This document shows positions 1 to 11,649 of a DNA stretch of 64,000 nucleotides, piece after piece; position 1 is the first letter of the stretch, and each line of letters starts with the position of its first letter. The notes below the pieces were generated by a model that saw nothing but the letters and a program-made list of their open reading frames with translations, ran no database searches and was not told where the DNA came from. The stretch is taken from contig OX597830.1 of assembly GCA_951406725.2 (NCBI GenBank), forward strand, positions 186,001 through 250,000, given 5' to 3'. The position numbers were made by a program, and so were the translations under genes. Source of the DNA: Octopus vulgaris. Taxonomy: Eukaryota.

Positions 1-455
1 TTGGGTAATTATTATTCTTAAAGTTATTATCATGTAATGTAACTATACATTTATACACTACATCGTTAATATCACAATTATTATTTATATTTAATATACA
101 ATTAGATTTATCTCTACATGTACAATTAATATAAGTCTTATCATTATTAATATTATTATCAAATAATTTCTTTTTATAAAAATTTTAGTGTATGTATTTA
201 GATATGGTTATATATAATTAGTTATATGTGTATGGGTGTATATATAGTTTATTTTTTGTTTTGTTTTATATTTTATATTTTATATTTAATTGTTGATAGG
301 TTTATTTTAGTTTATATATTGTTTATATATTGATTATATATGGATTATATATAGGTTATATATAGATTATATATTTATATTTTTTCATTAATACTTTAAT
401 TATTTTAAAATTATTATTTTTATATTTTTAAATATTGATATTTTAGATTGGAAGT

Positions 456-498
456 CCACCTGAAGATTGTCGATCAGGACAAGAAACAATTGTAGTGG
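456..498 (+). ncRNA. Minimal type I hammerhead ribozyme motif (Penelope/retrozyme type)
   Basis: ccac-CTGAAGA-ttgtc(gatcag)gacaa-GAAA-caattg-TA-gtgg. Helix I ccac/gtgg, intact core, 5-bp helix II, palindromic helix III, GUA cleavage triplet. Confidence 0.85.
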
Positions 499-583
499 CG
501 GTTTTTTTGACTTTTTATTAAAATTTTATGTATTGATTAAGTCTTTCCTTGTTTGTTTTGCAAAATAGTGGTTTTGTCTCTAA

Positions 584-654
<71 letters not shown>

Positions 655-836
655 CAGTATATAGAGCTGATTAACTATAACCTTATGTATATACTTATAT
701 ATATATGTATATGTAGGTGCATATACACTTATATGTATATATGTATACATGCATATTCTTGTATACGTGTACCTTGTTTAATATTCATATTTGCATTTTA
801 TATCTTCCTTTTATATCTTTATATTTATACTTTATA

Positions 837-961
837 ATCTCTGACGAGGCCTTGAGATATATATATATAACTCATTTTTATACTGCATATTATCTCATTA
901 CATCTGACTAATATGGGCATAATGAGATACTCTTATCTACGGGCTGAAACAGCTGTAAGAT
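837..961 (+). ncRNA. Type I hammerhead ribozyme motif with long branched helix II insertion
   Basis: atct-CTGACGA-ggcct...gggct-GAAA-cagctg-TA-agat. The ~90-nt insert contains the stem tatctcatta/taatgagata. Confidence 0.75.
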
Positions 962-1189
962 CCATTTTATATGTATTATCCTTATGGTATTATCTTACTT
1001 ATTGATGTATATTGTTTTATACTGTATTATTCTGTTGGATTTGGATGTTCCTATTTAATATAAATAATTAGTTAATAAATTATATGAATTGCTATTATCT
1101 GGAAGTTGATGATTGATAGAAATCTATTCCTCCATTTTCTTATTTTGTATTATGAATTTGAGGTAAAAGATTTTACCTTCGCCCATATA

Positions 1190-1460
1190 AATTTCGGGGT
1201 CATTCCGAAAAGCTCTATCTGCGACGATTTCATCTCAATCGAAGGAGAGGGGCTTTCTCCGTCCGGGTTGCGGATCCGTGGAACAAACTGCCAGACGAGA
1301 TGGTGAAGATGCCGACGACCGCTTTGTTCAAAGTCTCCCTTGAACTCAAGTGGCCTGAACTCTTTACATGAACACCACCCTGTACATAACTCCATGTCCC
1401 CCTACATGGCCTTGCTTTTTGCTTTTTGAGCCAAAAAATTAACTAACTAACTAACTAACA
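1190..1460 (+). mobile_element. 3' end of a CR1/L2-type LINE with (AACT)n tail
   Basis: Translates as RGHSEKLYLRRFHLNRRRGAFSVRVADPWNKLPDEMV...LFK, a typical CR1 ORF2 C-terminus, followed by a short UTR and an aactaact tail. Confidence 0.75.
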
Positions 1461-1617
1461 TAAATGAAATAACTGCATTGCAATTCTTAGCATTTATATA
1501 TTAGCCTTCTGGGTACTTTACTGGCAGTAATGATATCCCATAGTGGGTTACACTCATAACCCCTATCTCACTTTGTACTTTTATATATATATGTATATAT
1601 GTATATATATATATATG

Positions 1618-1674
<57 letters not shown>

Positions 1675-1694
1675 GTGTGTGTATATACATATAT

Positions 1695-1750
<56 letters not shown>

Positions 1751-2160
1751 TAGAAAAAGGTTATTTACAGAATAACGTAGTTTAGTGACAGCTAATTAAT
1801 GTAAGAGAACGGGTTTATGCCAAAGCCCTTCTAGAAATGGAAACGTAGTAATGCTTGAGACTTCTGCTACGATAGGTGTGTAGGAACCATATAAAATTTA
1901 TGGGTATCAGAATCGTACAAAGTCGGAAGGAAATTCGTGGATGAAATAAGACAGCTACTGGAGGCAAACGGGAAATAAATAAACAAGGTTGTTGCTTAAG
2001 CCGTTTGCAGTTATATCCCTCGATTTGAGCCCTGGCTTCAGTTCTACAATAATTGACTGTAGGATAAGATAGAAAGGTGCAGTGAGAGGGAGAGGAACGG
2101 GAAAGGTAGGAAAATAAGGGAACGTTTACCAAACATGAATGTCTATAAGGTGTGCATTTG

Positions 2161-2230
<70 letters not shown>

Positions 2231-2255
2231 TGTATGCATGTATGTATAACTAACA

Positions 2256-2568
2256 ATAATTGGCACTCCCGCGCTTAAGACGACGAGGGCTCCAGTTGAA
2301 TCGAGCTGCTCATGAAATTGTCGTGCAAATGGCTGAGTACTCCACAGACACGTACCCTTAACGTAGTTCTCAGGGAGATTCAACGTGACACACAGTGTGG
2401 CAATGCCAGCCCTTTGAAATACAAGTACATCTCATTTTTGGCAGTTGAATGAACTGGAGCAACTCGAAACGAAGTGTCTTGCTCAAGGACACAGTGCACC
2501 ACTGGAAATCGAACCCGTAACCTGACGATCGTGAGTCAAATATGCTAATCATTAAGCCACGCACCTTC
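2256..2568 (-). mobile_element. tRNA-derived SINE
   Basis: The minus strand begins with a tRNA-like head (gtggcttaatg...gggttcgatttcc, A/B-box-like) followed by ctgtgtccttgagcaagacactt. Flanked by microsatellites. Confidence 0.75.
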
Positions 2569-4399
2569 ATATATATATATATATATGCATGTCTCATAGT
2601 TATTCTCCTTATTAACATCTGAACTCTTTCGAGTCGAAAGAAAAAAATTCATTCCTTTTGTTTTAATGTCTCTTTCTTCATACTCCCCTACACATACACC
2701 TTATTTTGGACCTTCTAAATAAACATACATACACACACAAAGATTTGTATATTTATGTTTATCTATCTTAAAATATTACTATAACATCTTCTGTAATTGA
2801 AATCTCCCGCTGTTGATTCCGTCGTCATCGTCATGTACAACACGCTTTTGCAGCGTGTTGATATCCCAGCAAAGACTTCTCGATGAAGCACAATTTTTGC
2901 CATCGTTCTCACCTTCTCAGAGCGTTTTCTTGGCAGAAAATATTGAGGTGGTTTACGAAATCGAGATAATCGAACGAAAACGTAATCAAGACTGGTAATC
3001 ACAAATTTCATATTGACCTAGACAATATTGACGTTGATAAGGACGATATATATTTTACCTGGTGCCTATGCCTGATTTACATTCTGACATTTTGCTTTGT
3101 TGTTCAGGTGGTACATATAGAGTTAATTGTGATCTACTCAGAAACAAACCAACATACTTGCATTAAATAGAAAACCCACAGGATTAAATATACTGTATCG
3201 ATAAATCGAGGGTATTCGAAAAATACAATGGTTGACTCTTCCTGCTTTTGCCATTAACTATAGGAAACAACTCTTAACATGTTTCGGTCACACGTTTTCA
3301 CCTCTTGAATAAAATATAATCCTCACTAAAATAGCTACAATAGTAAATTTACACAGTTATATATGTATCTTGTTACTTAAGAATTTAGAATTATTTAGAA
3401 ATGAAATCAATTTAGAGACTCCGTTTTCTGCGATATATAAATTTATAGACTGTTAATGCTAACAAATTTAATACATGATGATAAAGAAGAAAAATAGCAA
3501 ATACTTAGAATAGTTTTTAGCTTTCCCACAACTACAGATTAAAAAAAAAAAACAGACTTATTTCAGTATTACTTTGCACTCATCAGGCAACATAAAATTT
3601 CACTTATCTACTAAAGTATTAGAGAAAAAAAAACTTAAATGAATGCATAATGATTGACGAGAAAGTTATCTAGATGGTCATCTCTGTTGAAAACTAATAA
3701 TTACGAATGAAATTTGATGAGGAGCTTGATTACTTCATCCGGCCAAATATATTTATATTTACAATAATCAAAACGAAAATTATTGAATTGGTGCCACCTT
3801 CATAATTATTCAGATATATTCTTAGCTTTTGTTTCCGTTTGTCTGGCAATATCTGAACGTATTCACATTGTATTCACGTAACACTGTCGAGATGTTCGGT
3901 TTGAAAATATTTTTATGTGTTGCCAAGGGGTTATATATATATACACTAATCTTCTTTTCTCTCTCTATAATATAATATAATATAATATAATATGATATAA
4001 TATAATTTAATTCAATACAATACATATGAATATGTATATGTTAAAGTGTAGACACAGCCCCTTATTTACCCTCATAACCACTAAATCTTTAATCAATATA
4101 TTCCCTAAAACTCCTTATATTTTTTATCTATTTTTATCTTTCCTCATCCTTTATACTCTAAAATTACTCTTAATTCGCCTTCATCCACACCTATTCCCAC
4201 TTCTTTGTAAACTTACATGTACATACGCCTACATACACCTCTACTAGTTCATATAGTACACGCTCACGCTCAATAATATACATTCCTTAATTCGTAGATT
4301 TTAGTACTTACTACCATTCAACATCCTTTCCTCCAGACTTTCTGTTTTACTACTACATCATCTCTTTAAGCACGCATTTTTATTTCCCTCCACAACCAA

Positions 4400-4900
4400 A
4401 TTTACCTTCCTTCCATATTATCCTATTCAAATGCCACTTCCCATTCCTGTCTCTCCGACTCGGCCAAAATGGCCCTACTGAAAATAGTCTGGGAAATGAT
4501 CTTACTTAAATTTTTTACTTGTAACTCTCCCACTCCCTTATATATTTAAAAATTCACTTTATATCTTTTTTCTTAGATGCTTAATTTTTCTTCGCAGTTA
4601 TATAATCTCCACTTAAACCGTGCTCTCTATGCATTCTGATCGAATCTTTCGTGTGCTAACGACAATGTAAACCTCCTTTAATCAAGATACCCTTAGCCTG
4701 AAGAGTAGCCTGTGGTATACACCTCGCTTGGACATTTACCACTTCCAAGGTTCCGCTTGATATGAAATTTATGTAGCCCGGGTTCTATCTACTCCATTCC
4801 TTAATTCTTTTTTTTTCTTTATTAGCTTACGTGGCATCCCTGGCTGTCCTACCGTGAAATGTAAAATAATTTGTTTTCGCTTTTCGTACTTTGATACGGA
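4400..4900 (+). mobile_element. Penelope-like element 3' relic with degenerate hammerhead
   Basis: A C-x-L-C...LLN-like C-terminal motif near 4615-4680 is followed by CTGAAGA (4698-4704) and GAAA-tttatg-TA (4764-4775). Confidence 0.35.
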
Positions 4901-5027
4901 AAGCGTCCACAACATTTCGATCCAATAAACCACTAGCGTTCCTGAAAGTTGTCTTTTATAAATTCTATGGATATTTTTTTTGCTTTTTTACATTTTCTAC
5001 ACCTCGATCATTGGATCTTACACTTTC

Positions 5028-5105
<78 letters not shown>

Positions 5106-5108
5106 TCT

Positions 5109-5303
5109 AGGACATTTATCCCCATGGACAATAACCACCCAAGGACAATTACCCTTGAAGACAACAGATGATGATTTAAAATTTTAGATACTGGAGAAGG
5201 GGGTAATTAACCAGGGGGAGTAATTGTCATAGGGGGTAGTTGTCGTCGAGAGAATTGTGCTATGGTGGGCGGGGGGTAATTGTCCTAGGTGGATAATTGT
5301 CCT
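5109..5303. mobile_element. Foldback/MITE-like element with subterminal GGACAATTACC-type units in inverted orientation
   Basis: Left arm has ggacatttatccc, ggacaataacc, ggacaattaccc. Right arm has gggtaattgtcc, ggataattgtcc and similar reverse-complement units. Confidence 0.55.
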
Positions 5304-6736
5304 GTTACATATTTATATGTACACACACACACACTCACATTTTACTGTTTGTGTTTGTCCCCCGCCACAGCTTGGTAACCCTGTAAAAGTGTAAACAACA
5401 ACTTCACCGTTTTGAAAATCAGCACGTGTTTTTAAGGGTTTTCTTGACTGAGTTTAACCCTAGACGTTAAGTGTCGCTATCAGTGATTAAGATGGTCAGC
5501 ATCGAAATCCGAAATCATTCGATCCGACTATATATGTGAGGGTCTTATTTCCTTTCGTCAGTCATTTATACAGTGCTTTGGTAGTTTTGAAGTTGTTTTA
5601 ACTCTTGTTAAAGTGTAAACAACAACTTCCCCGTTTTGAAGTTTTGAAGTAGCTGGTGCTTTTGTGATCTCGATTAAATTTGCCTTTAGGTTCAAATTGC
5701 TAATAATCCACCCAGTTAATTTGTTATATATATGTGCGTGTGTGTGTGTGTGTGTGTGTGAGTGTATGTGTGTGTGTGTGTGTGTATGTGTGTGTGTGTG
5801 TGTGTGTGTCATTGTGTAGAAGACATCACCAACGAGTGAGAATACGTAAACAGACGCGAGAAAAGTACAGGAGAAAATACCAAAGGAAGAAAACTTCTCA
5901 TCAGTTCTAGGACTGTTTATTACTCTTATTTCGTGCTTTTAACGATAATATAGGGAATTTCATAAGACAGCAGCATCCAGAAAATTTTTAAAATATGAAA
6001 TTCATGGAGCGTTAGAGCTTCGAGCGAACAAATAACGACAAAGTGGACGTACAGAATAAACAATCGACGAAGACAAAACATTAATAGTCTTTAGGCCAAG
6101 ACGGATTCTAATGACTAACGCCTGCGAGAATTTTTTTCAAGGAAATAAAATAATTAGAAGAGAAGAAATAGAAGAAAAATCACAGGAGCCGAGAAAAATG
6201 ACATCCAACCTGGTGAACTTCTAGTCTAGAAAAGAAAGGAGCAAGAGAAATGACCTGTAGTCACGTGTGAGTTACAAAAGTAGTGAGGAGAAGGGAGAAG
6301 GTACGACAGACAGTAGAGACAGTTTGGATGTCATTTTTCTCGACATCTCCTGCAGATGTGTTTACACCTGGTTTAAGAAAAATTCAAGGAATGCTGCTGC
6401 ATTTGCCTCAAACAACGTCAGATGTGACCTTCTTTAGGCAGACAACAAAAAAGGGAGCGATATTTCAACGGTCTAAGTTCAAACTCAGCCGAAGTCAACT
6501 TTTCCTTTCTTCCTTTCGGGATCTATAATATACGTTTCAGCTAAGCACTGGGATTGATTTAATCCAAAATTTCAAATATACGCATAAATCTATGCGTGGG
6601 AAACTGTGTGTGCACAGGCGATGGCGGTTCTACGTGTAAAATGTGTGCGCATGTTTTTCATACCCTTTATCTGCGTCTATCGATTGGTAAGAGTGTAATT
6701 ACTTGTCGGTCTCTCTCTCTCCCTCTCTCTCTCCCC

Positions 6737-6812
<76 letters not shown>

Positions 6813-7007
6813 GTCAGGATATATGTGTGGGTATGTGTGTGTGTCTATTTATCTGTGCTTATGTGTGAGTATATGTATTTATATGGATATGTATACGTTT
6901 GTGTTTCTTTGTGTATATATGCATGTATGCATTTATGTATGTACTTACTGTTGGCTTACTTTGATATAAGTGTATGTTCTAGCGTTTGTCTTCTATGCGT
7001 CGATATA

Positions 7008-8248
7008 CGATAGTGGGCTGAAAAGTTCATAGGCTGGCTATGAAGGAGTAATGCTAGAGCTGTGAAATATGGCAGGCATTAATTTCAACTCTTATTAATA
7101 TCTGCATTTTTCTTTCCAAGTAAACTGACACCTGACTGTCCAAAGAAGACTTCTGAAGTAACCAGTAGCGACTCCTTTTGAAAATGGACAAAACTTGGCA
7201 TCGGTGTATTATCAACTACCTGCAGAAAAAGGGTGTACCACACGCCAGGATATTCATGCTGACGTGGTTGATATTTTAGGGGATGACACTCCAGTTCTAT
7301 AAACAGTACACGAATGGGTAGCTGGATTTAGGAGGGGAAGGGGAAATCTTGCATATGACCCAAGGTCTGAACGTTTAGCAACAGCCACCACTGACGGAAA
7401 CAATGATCGTGTTTACCTATGCAGATGGATGACAGTCGATTGACTGTAAGTCAAATAGTCAATACAATTACCATATCCGGTGAGAGTTGCGAATATTCTG
7501 CGCAATGAAGTTGGCATGACAAACATATCTGCTTGGTGGGCAACCACGTATTCTGAAAAATGATCAAAGGCGCGTTACGGAAAAATCACGTTACGGAAAA
7601 ATCTGACGTTGTTTGAAGCAAATGCAGCTGCATTCCTTGAATTTTTCTTAAACCAGGATGAGTGTTAGGTTCATCACTTTGAACCAGCGCGACAGAGACA
7701 ATCTATGTAGTGGAAACACTCTTTCTCACCTGCTCTAAAGAAGGCCAAAGTGGTTTCAACTGAAGTGACAGTGATGACCTCAGTTCTTAGGGATGCAAAA
7801 GGCATTGTGTTTATTGACCATCTTCAAAAAGGCCACAGCATCAATAAGTACTATGCCAACTTACTGAGGCATTTACGAAAGCCCATCAAGACCAAACGCC
7901 CAACAAAACTGATGAATATATATGATGAAACTTTGTTTCATCAGGACAATGATCCAGCAGACAAATCTTTGGTTTCAATGGTTGCTGTGCGTGACTGTGA
8001 ATTCGAAATGGTCGATCAACCTTCCTATTCTACTGCCTTGACCCCATCTGACTATCAACTCTTAACAAAAGTGAAAAAAAAAGCACTTGACTGGGAATCA
8101 GTATCTCAGTGATGATGACGTCATATCTGTTGTTGATGAACTTTTTGAGCAATAGTATGAAAGCCGGGACATGTTGAACAAAAAAACATTTGGTCATAAA
8201 TACATGAGACTGTCTTAGTCGGCCTGTGAACATTTCAACTGACCCTCA
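7008..8248 (+). mobile_element. Decayed mariner (DD34D) DNA transposon with degenerate TIRs
   Basis: Left end TA+cga..gggctgaaaagttcataggctg, right end ggcctgtgaacatttcaactgaccctca. Disrupted transposase from ATG 7184 with QDE, HQDN and PSYS..L.PSDY motifs. Confidence 0.85.
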
Positions 8249-8976
8249 TCAGTATCTATATGTACATACATAAATACGCGCGCGTATGTTTGTGTGCGTG
8301 TGTATGTCCGTCTCTGCATGTGTATATGTTTTATGTATGTATATGTACGTTATATGTATGCAGGTAGGTATGTCTAAATACATATCTAGATGTACATGCT
8401 TTCTCTGTTTATGTATACATGTGTTATTGTCTCTTTCTCTCTCTCTCCCTATCACTATATATCTCATTGTCCTTGCCTATTAGTTGATGTTTCCGATATC
8501 CTTAAAACCTCTAATCTACTCAACTAATCTTGTCAAACCTAATTTAGTCGAAACCACTAACCTCGTTTTACGACTTACTCCGCCTTTCACATTAGAACTT
8601 ATATTCTCGAACTTTCTACCTGTCCCTAGTACTTTCTTTATATGTCAGTATCAACTTGGCACTCTATCTGTTATGTATGCATGCGTATAGTGTTTTTATT
8701 TATGTTCATCGTGCGCTTTTCTATATACATATGTATGCACAAAATTATCAAAATCTACATATTCCTCGGAATGCTTTTTATCCTTCAAACTCTATACATC
8801 AGCATTTCTTATATATTTTCATTTTATTTTTTCGACGATGATCTTTTCCACACGTGTAAGTGTTTTTTCAATCAAATTTGCACCCCCATTGTTGAAGTCA
8901 TGAGGAAGTTATCAAATGCAGATACCCTATAGCAGAAACAGATGTAAGACAATGAAATTCGCTGCACAATCTCCTG

Positions 8977-9100
8977 TCCCTCTGTCATTATTTCATTACA
9001 TATTACCCTTGGTACTCGACTAACGCTTTTTGAAGCATATGCTTCAAAAAGCGTTAGTCGAGTACCGAGGGTAATATGTAATGAAATAATGACAGAGGGA
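8977..9100. repeat. 124-bp spacerless palindrome (62-bp arms, one mismatch)
   Basis: tccctctgtc...gaagcat|atgcttc...gacagaggga. Centre at 9038/9039, with a single T:G mismatch at 9010/9067. Confidence 0.95.
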
Positions 9101-9229
9101 AGAGACATACATACATACGCTAACATACATATTTGTATGCGCACGTGTATATATGTATGTATGCATGTATGTATATCTCATCTATTTTTTAATTGTTACA
9201 AATATTCCAATGAGGAGGGAGCCAGTTTC

Positions 9230-9755
9230 AACAAATTCACATTTAGATCTTAAGAAAAGTCTTGCATATTTTTACTGTTCCACTCACAGATTGCACTTGT
9301 CATGTACGAATTAGCCGGTCGATATCTCTTTCTGAAATTCCCAGTTTATCAAGATTCTCCTTTTAGAATTTACTAACAAAATCTAGTACTACAATTATTA
9401 TTGGTATGAATATGAATTCATAATCTGGATATAGAAACTAAAGGTTTCGAAGCAGCTGCACATAGATATACTCTTTTTCTTTGTTTTTCAAAGAAAAATT
9501 TATATCTGCAGGGCAGCTGACCTCTATGACGCTACATACCTTTGCCCCTCTGACCCAATCAAGAATATCCGGCCTGTTATATTTACATTTGAAAGAAGTT
9601 TTGATGGGAATATTCCACCAGTATTCCATGAGTTGGTATTTATGAATGTATTCCATAACAGCAGGATTTTCTAAGTTTATTTCGGGATAGTCTTTTTTGA
9701 GGATGGCATTGTGAATCGTTTTAGCGACGTCGTGCCGCATAGGAAAGTAGTACTG
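9230..9755 (-). mobile_element. 3' fragment of a restriction-like-endonuclease LINE (R4/Dong/NeSL group)
   Basis: ORF 9438-9770(-) contains RHD...WWN...NRPDI...IEVSCP..N...KEK (RHD plus PD-(D/E)xK nuclease motifs). Confidence 0.7.
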
Positions 9756-10411
9756 TATGTATGTATGCATACATTCATAGATGAAGCCATATATAAAATT
9801 TAAATAAAGTCGACCAAAATGGGAAAGAAGCTATCGGAGCGTTAAGGTAGTCATAAATTATTGATTAGTGGTTGATTCGGTTTGCTTTCAGATATATAAA
9901 AAAAACTTCTGAGGACTACATCTAACTTCAATATTACTTTATGTTCTGCTTGAGAAACGTCGACCAAAAAGTATAACAAAGAGCAAAACGCGCGTGGATT
10001 AAATATAAATACATATACAGGTGCATATGTATAGATGTGTGTGTAAAGTAATATACATCTCTATGTTTATTACGCACACACACACACACGAATATATGTA
10101 CATATGAATATATATAAAGATGTAATATGCATTAATGTGTGCCTGTGTGTGTGCGTGCCTGCGTATGTGTGTGGGTGAGTGTGTATATATGTCTGTAAAT
10201 ATTGTTGATATTAAATAAGTTTATTGAATATCGTATGAAATAGAATAATGAATACTAGTTGGAATGTTCTGATAGACTATTTGATTATGTGAAAATCTTT
10301 TGTTTCACTCCCCTATAATTTCTATATTAATACAATTGGCTTGAATCGATTACATATCAATTAAATTAATCGTTCCGTCTAAGTTTCCATATCCTAGTTG
10401 TTGTGACAGTT

Positions 10412-11544
10412 ACGGTGGTCAGATAAAGTGCGTCCATCTTCAAATGGACTAAGGAGGAAATATCAACACTAGATAGAAGGGCGAGAAAGTTCATGACGCT
10501 TCATAGGGCGCTACATCCTGAAGCAAAGGTAAACAAGCTACATGAAAAGAAAGAATGGTGGCAGAGGGTTAATTAGTATACACCATTGTATAAGGTGTGA
10601 AAGGTGGTAAATAGTGATGAAGACCTGCTGCAATATACAGCGAAAGATATGGGTGTAAATGCAGATGAAATGATGGGCAAGGAAGAGTTTAACCAAAGAG
10701 CTGAGGAGAAAAGAAAGAGAAGACCTTGAAATGACAATGCATGGACAGTTTCAAAGGAGTACACAAGACGTTAAGGATAATACAGCATCTTGGGCATGGC
10801 TTGAGCGAGGTGATTTGAAGCGTACCACCGAAAGCCTGATCATTACTGCACAAGACCAGGCTCTCGCTACCAATTCAGTGAAATATAACACTTATAAAAC
10901 TTCCGACACCCAGAAATGCAGACTCTGTGGAAAGAGTGTGGAAAATGCGACCCACTTGGTAAGTGGATGTGAGAACCTTGCACAAAAAGAATCCAAGCGC
11001 CGCCACGATAAAGTGTGTGTGTGTGTATCTTCCTTGGTTCTTATGCCGTAGATACCAATATGAAGTAAGAGAGAATTAATATGAGCATGTTCCAAATAAA
11101 GTTAAATAGAGGATGGAAAAGTAATGATACTCTGGGACTATGATTTTCAGACGGATCGTGTAATCGAACACAGTCAACCGGATATTGTCATATTGAAAAA
11201 GAGAGACAAATACTCTCAGATCAATTATGTAGCCATACCAAATAACATGAATGTTGTGAGTAAAGAGGTTGAAAAATTACCAAGTACTCTGAATTGAAAG
11301 TGGAAAAGGCAAGACTATATGGAATATGAGAGGGTAATGTAAAAGTGATACCAGTGGTGATTGGAGAGTTGGGCTCAATCCCATTGAAACTTCAAGACTT
11401 CTTAAGGCAACTGGAAATCACATGCAAGATTAATGTCTTGCCGTTATTGGGCACAGCACACATCTTAAGGAAAGTATTATCTCTCTGAGGTCCTTGTTGA
11501 CAGATGACTAAAGACTCCGGTGCATTTTTACCTACACTTGTTAC

Positions 11545-11599
<55 letters not shown>
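10412..11599 (+). mobile_element. 5'-truncated R4/Dong-type LINE ending in (TAA)n
   Basis: MHGQF...AQDQAL...CRLC....NATHLVSGC...KRRHD, then PDIV and a KY motif, ending ILRKVLSL* and followed by (aat)n at 11546-11599. Confidence 0.85.
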
Positions 11600-11649
11600 C
11601 TGCAGAATGTGTGGGGGAGAATGTCGAAAGCGTACGAGTAACTCACATT

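Noticed and set aside
553-911. ORFs with [16 protein letters not shown], poly-S/L/I runs here and throughout the window
   Set aside because: They are translations of (TA)n, (CA)n, (TAA)n and (CTA)n microsatellites, not proteins.
1995-2048. Minus-strand ctgaagc...caaacggct hammerhead-like trace
   Set aside because: Both core halves deviate and the helices are weak.
3551-3592. Minus-strand CTGATGA...GAAA motif
   Set aside because: Helix I does not pair and helix III is not palindromic, so it is chance or too decayed to call.
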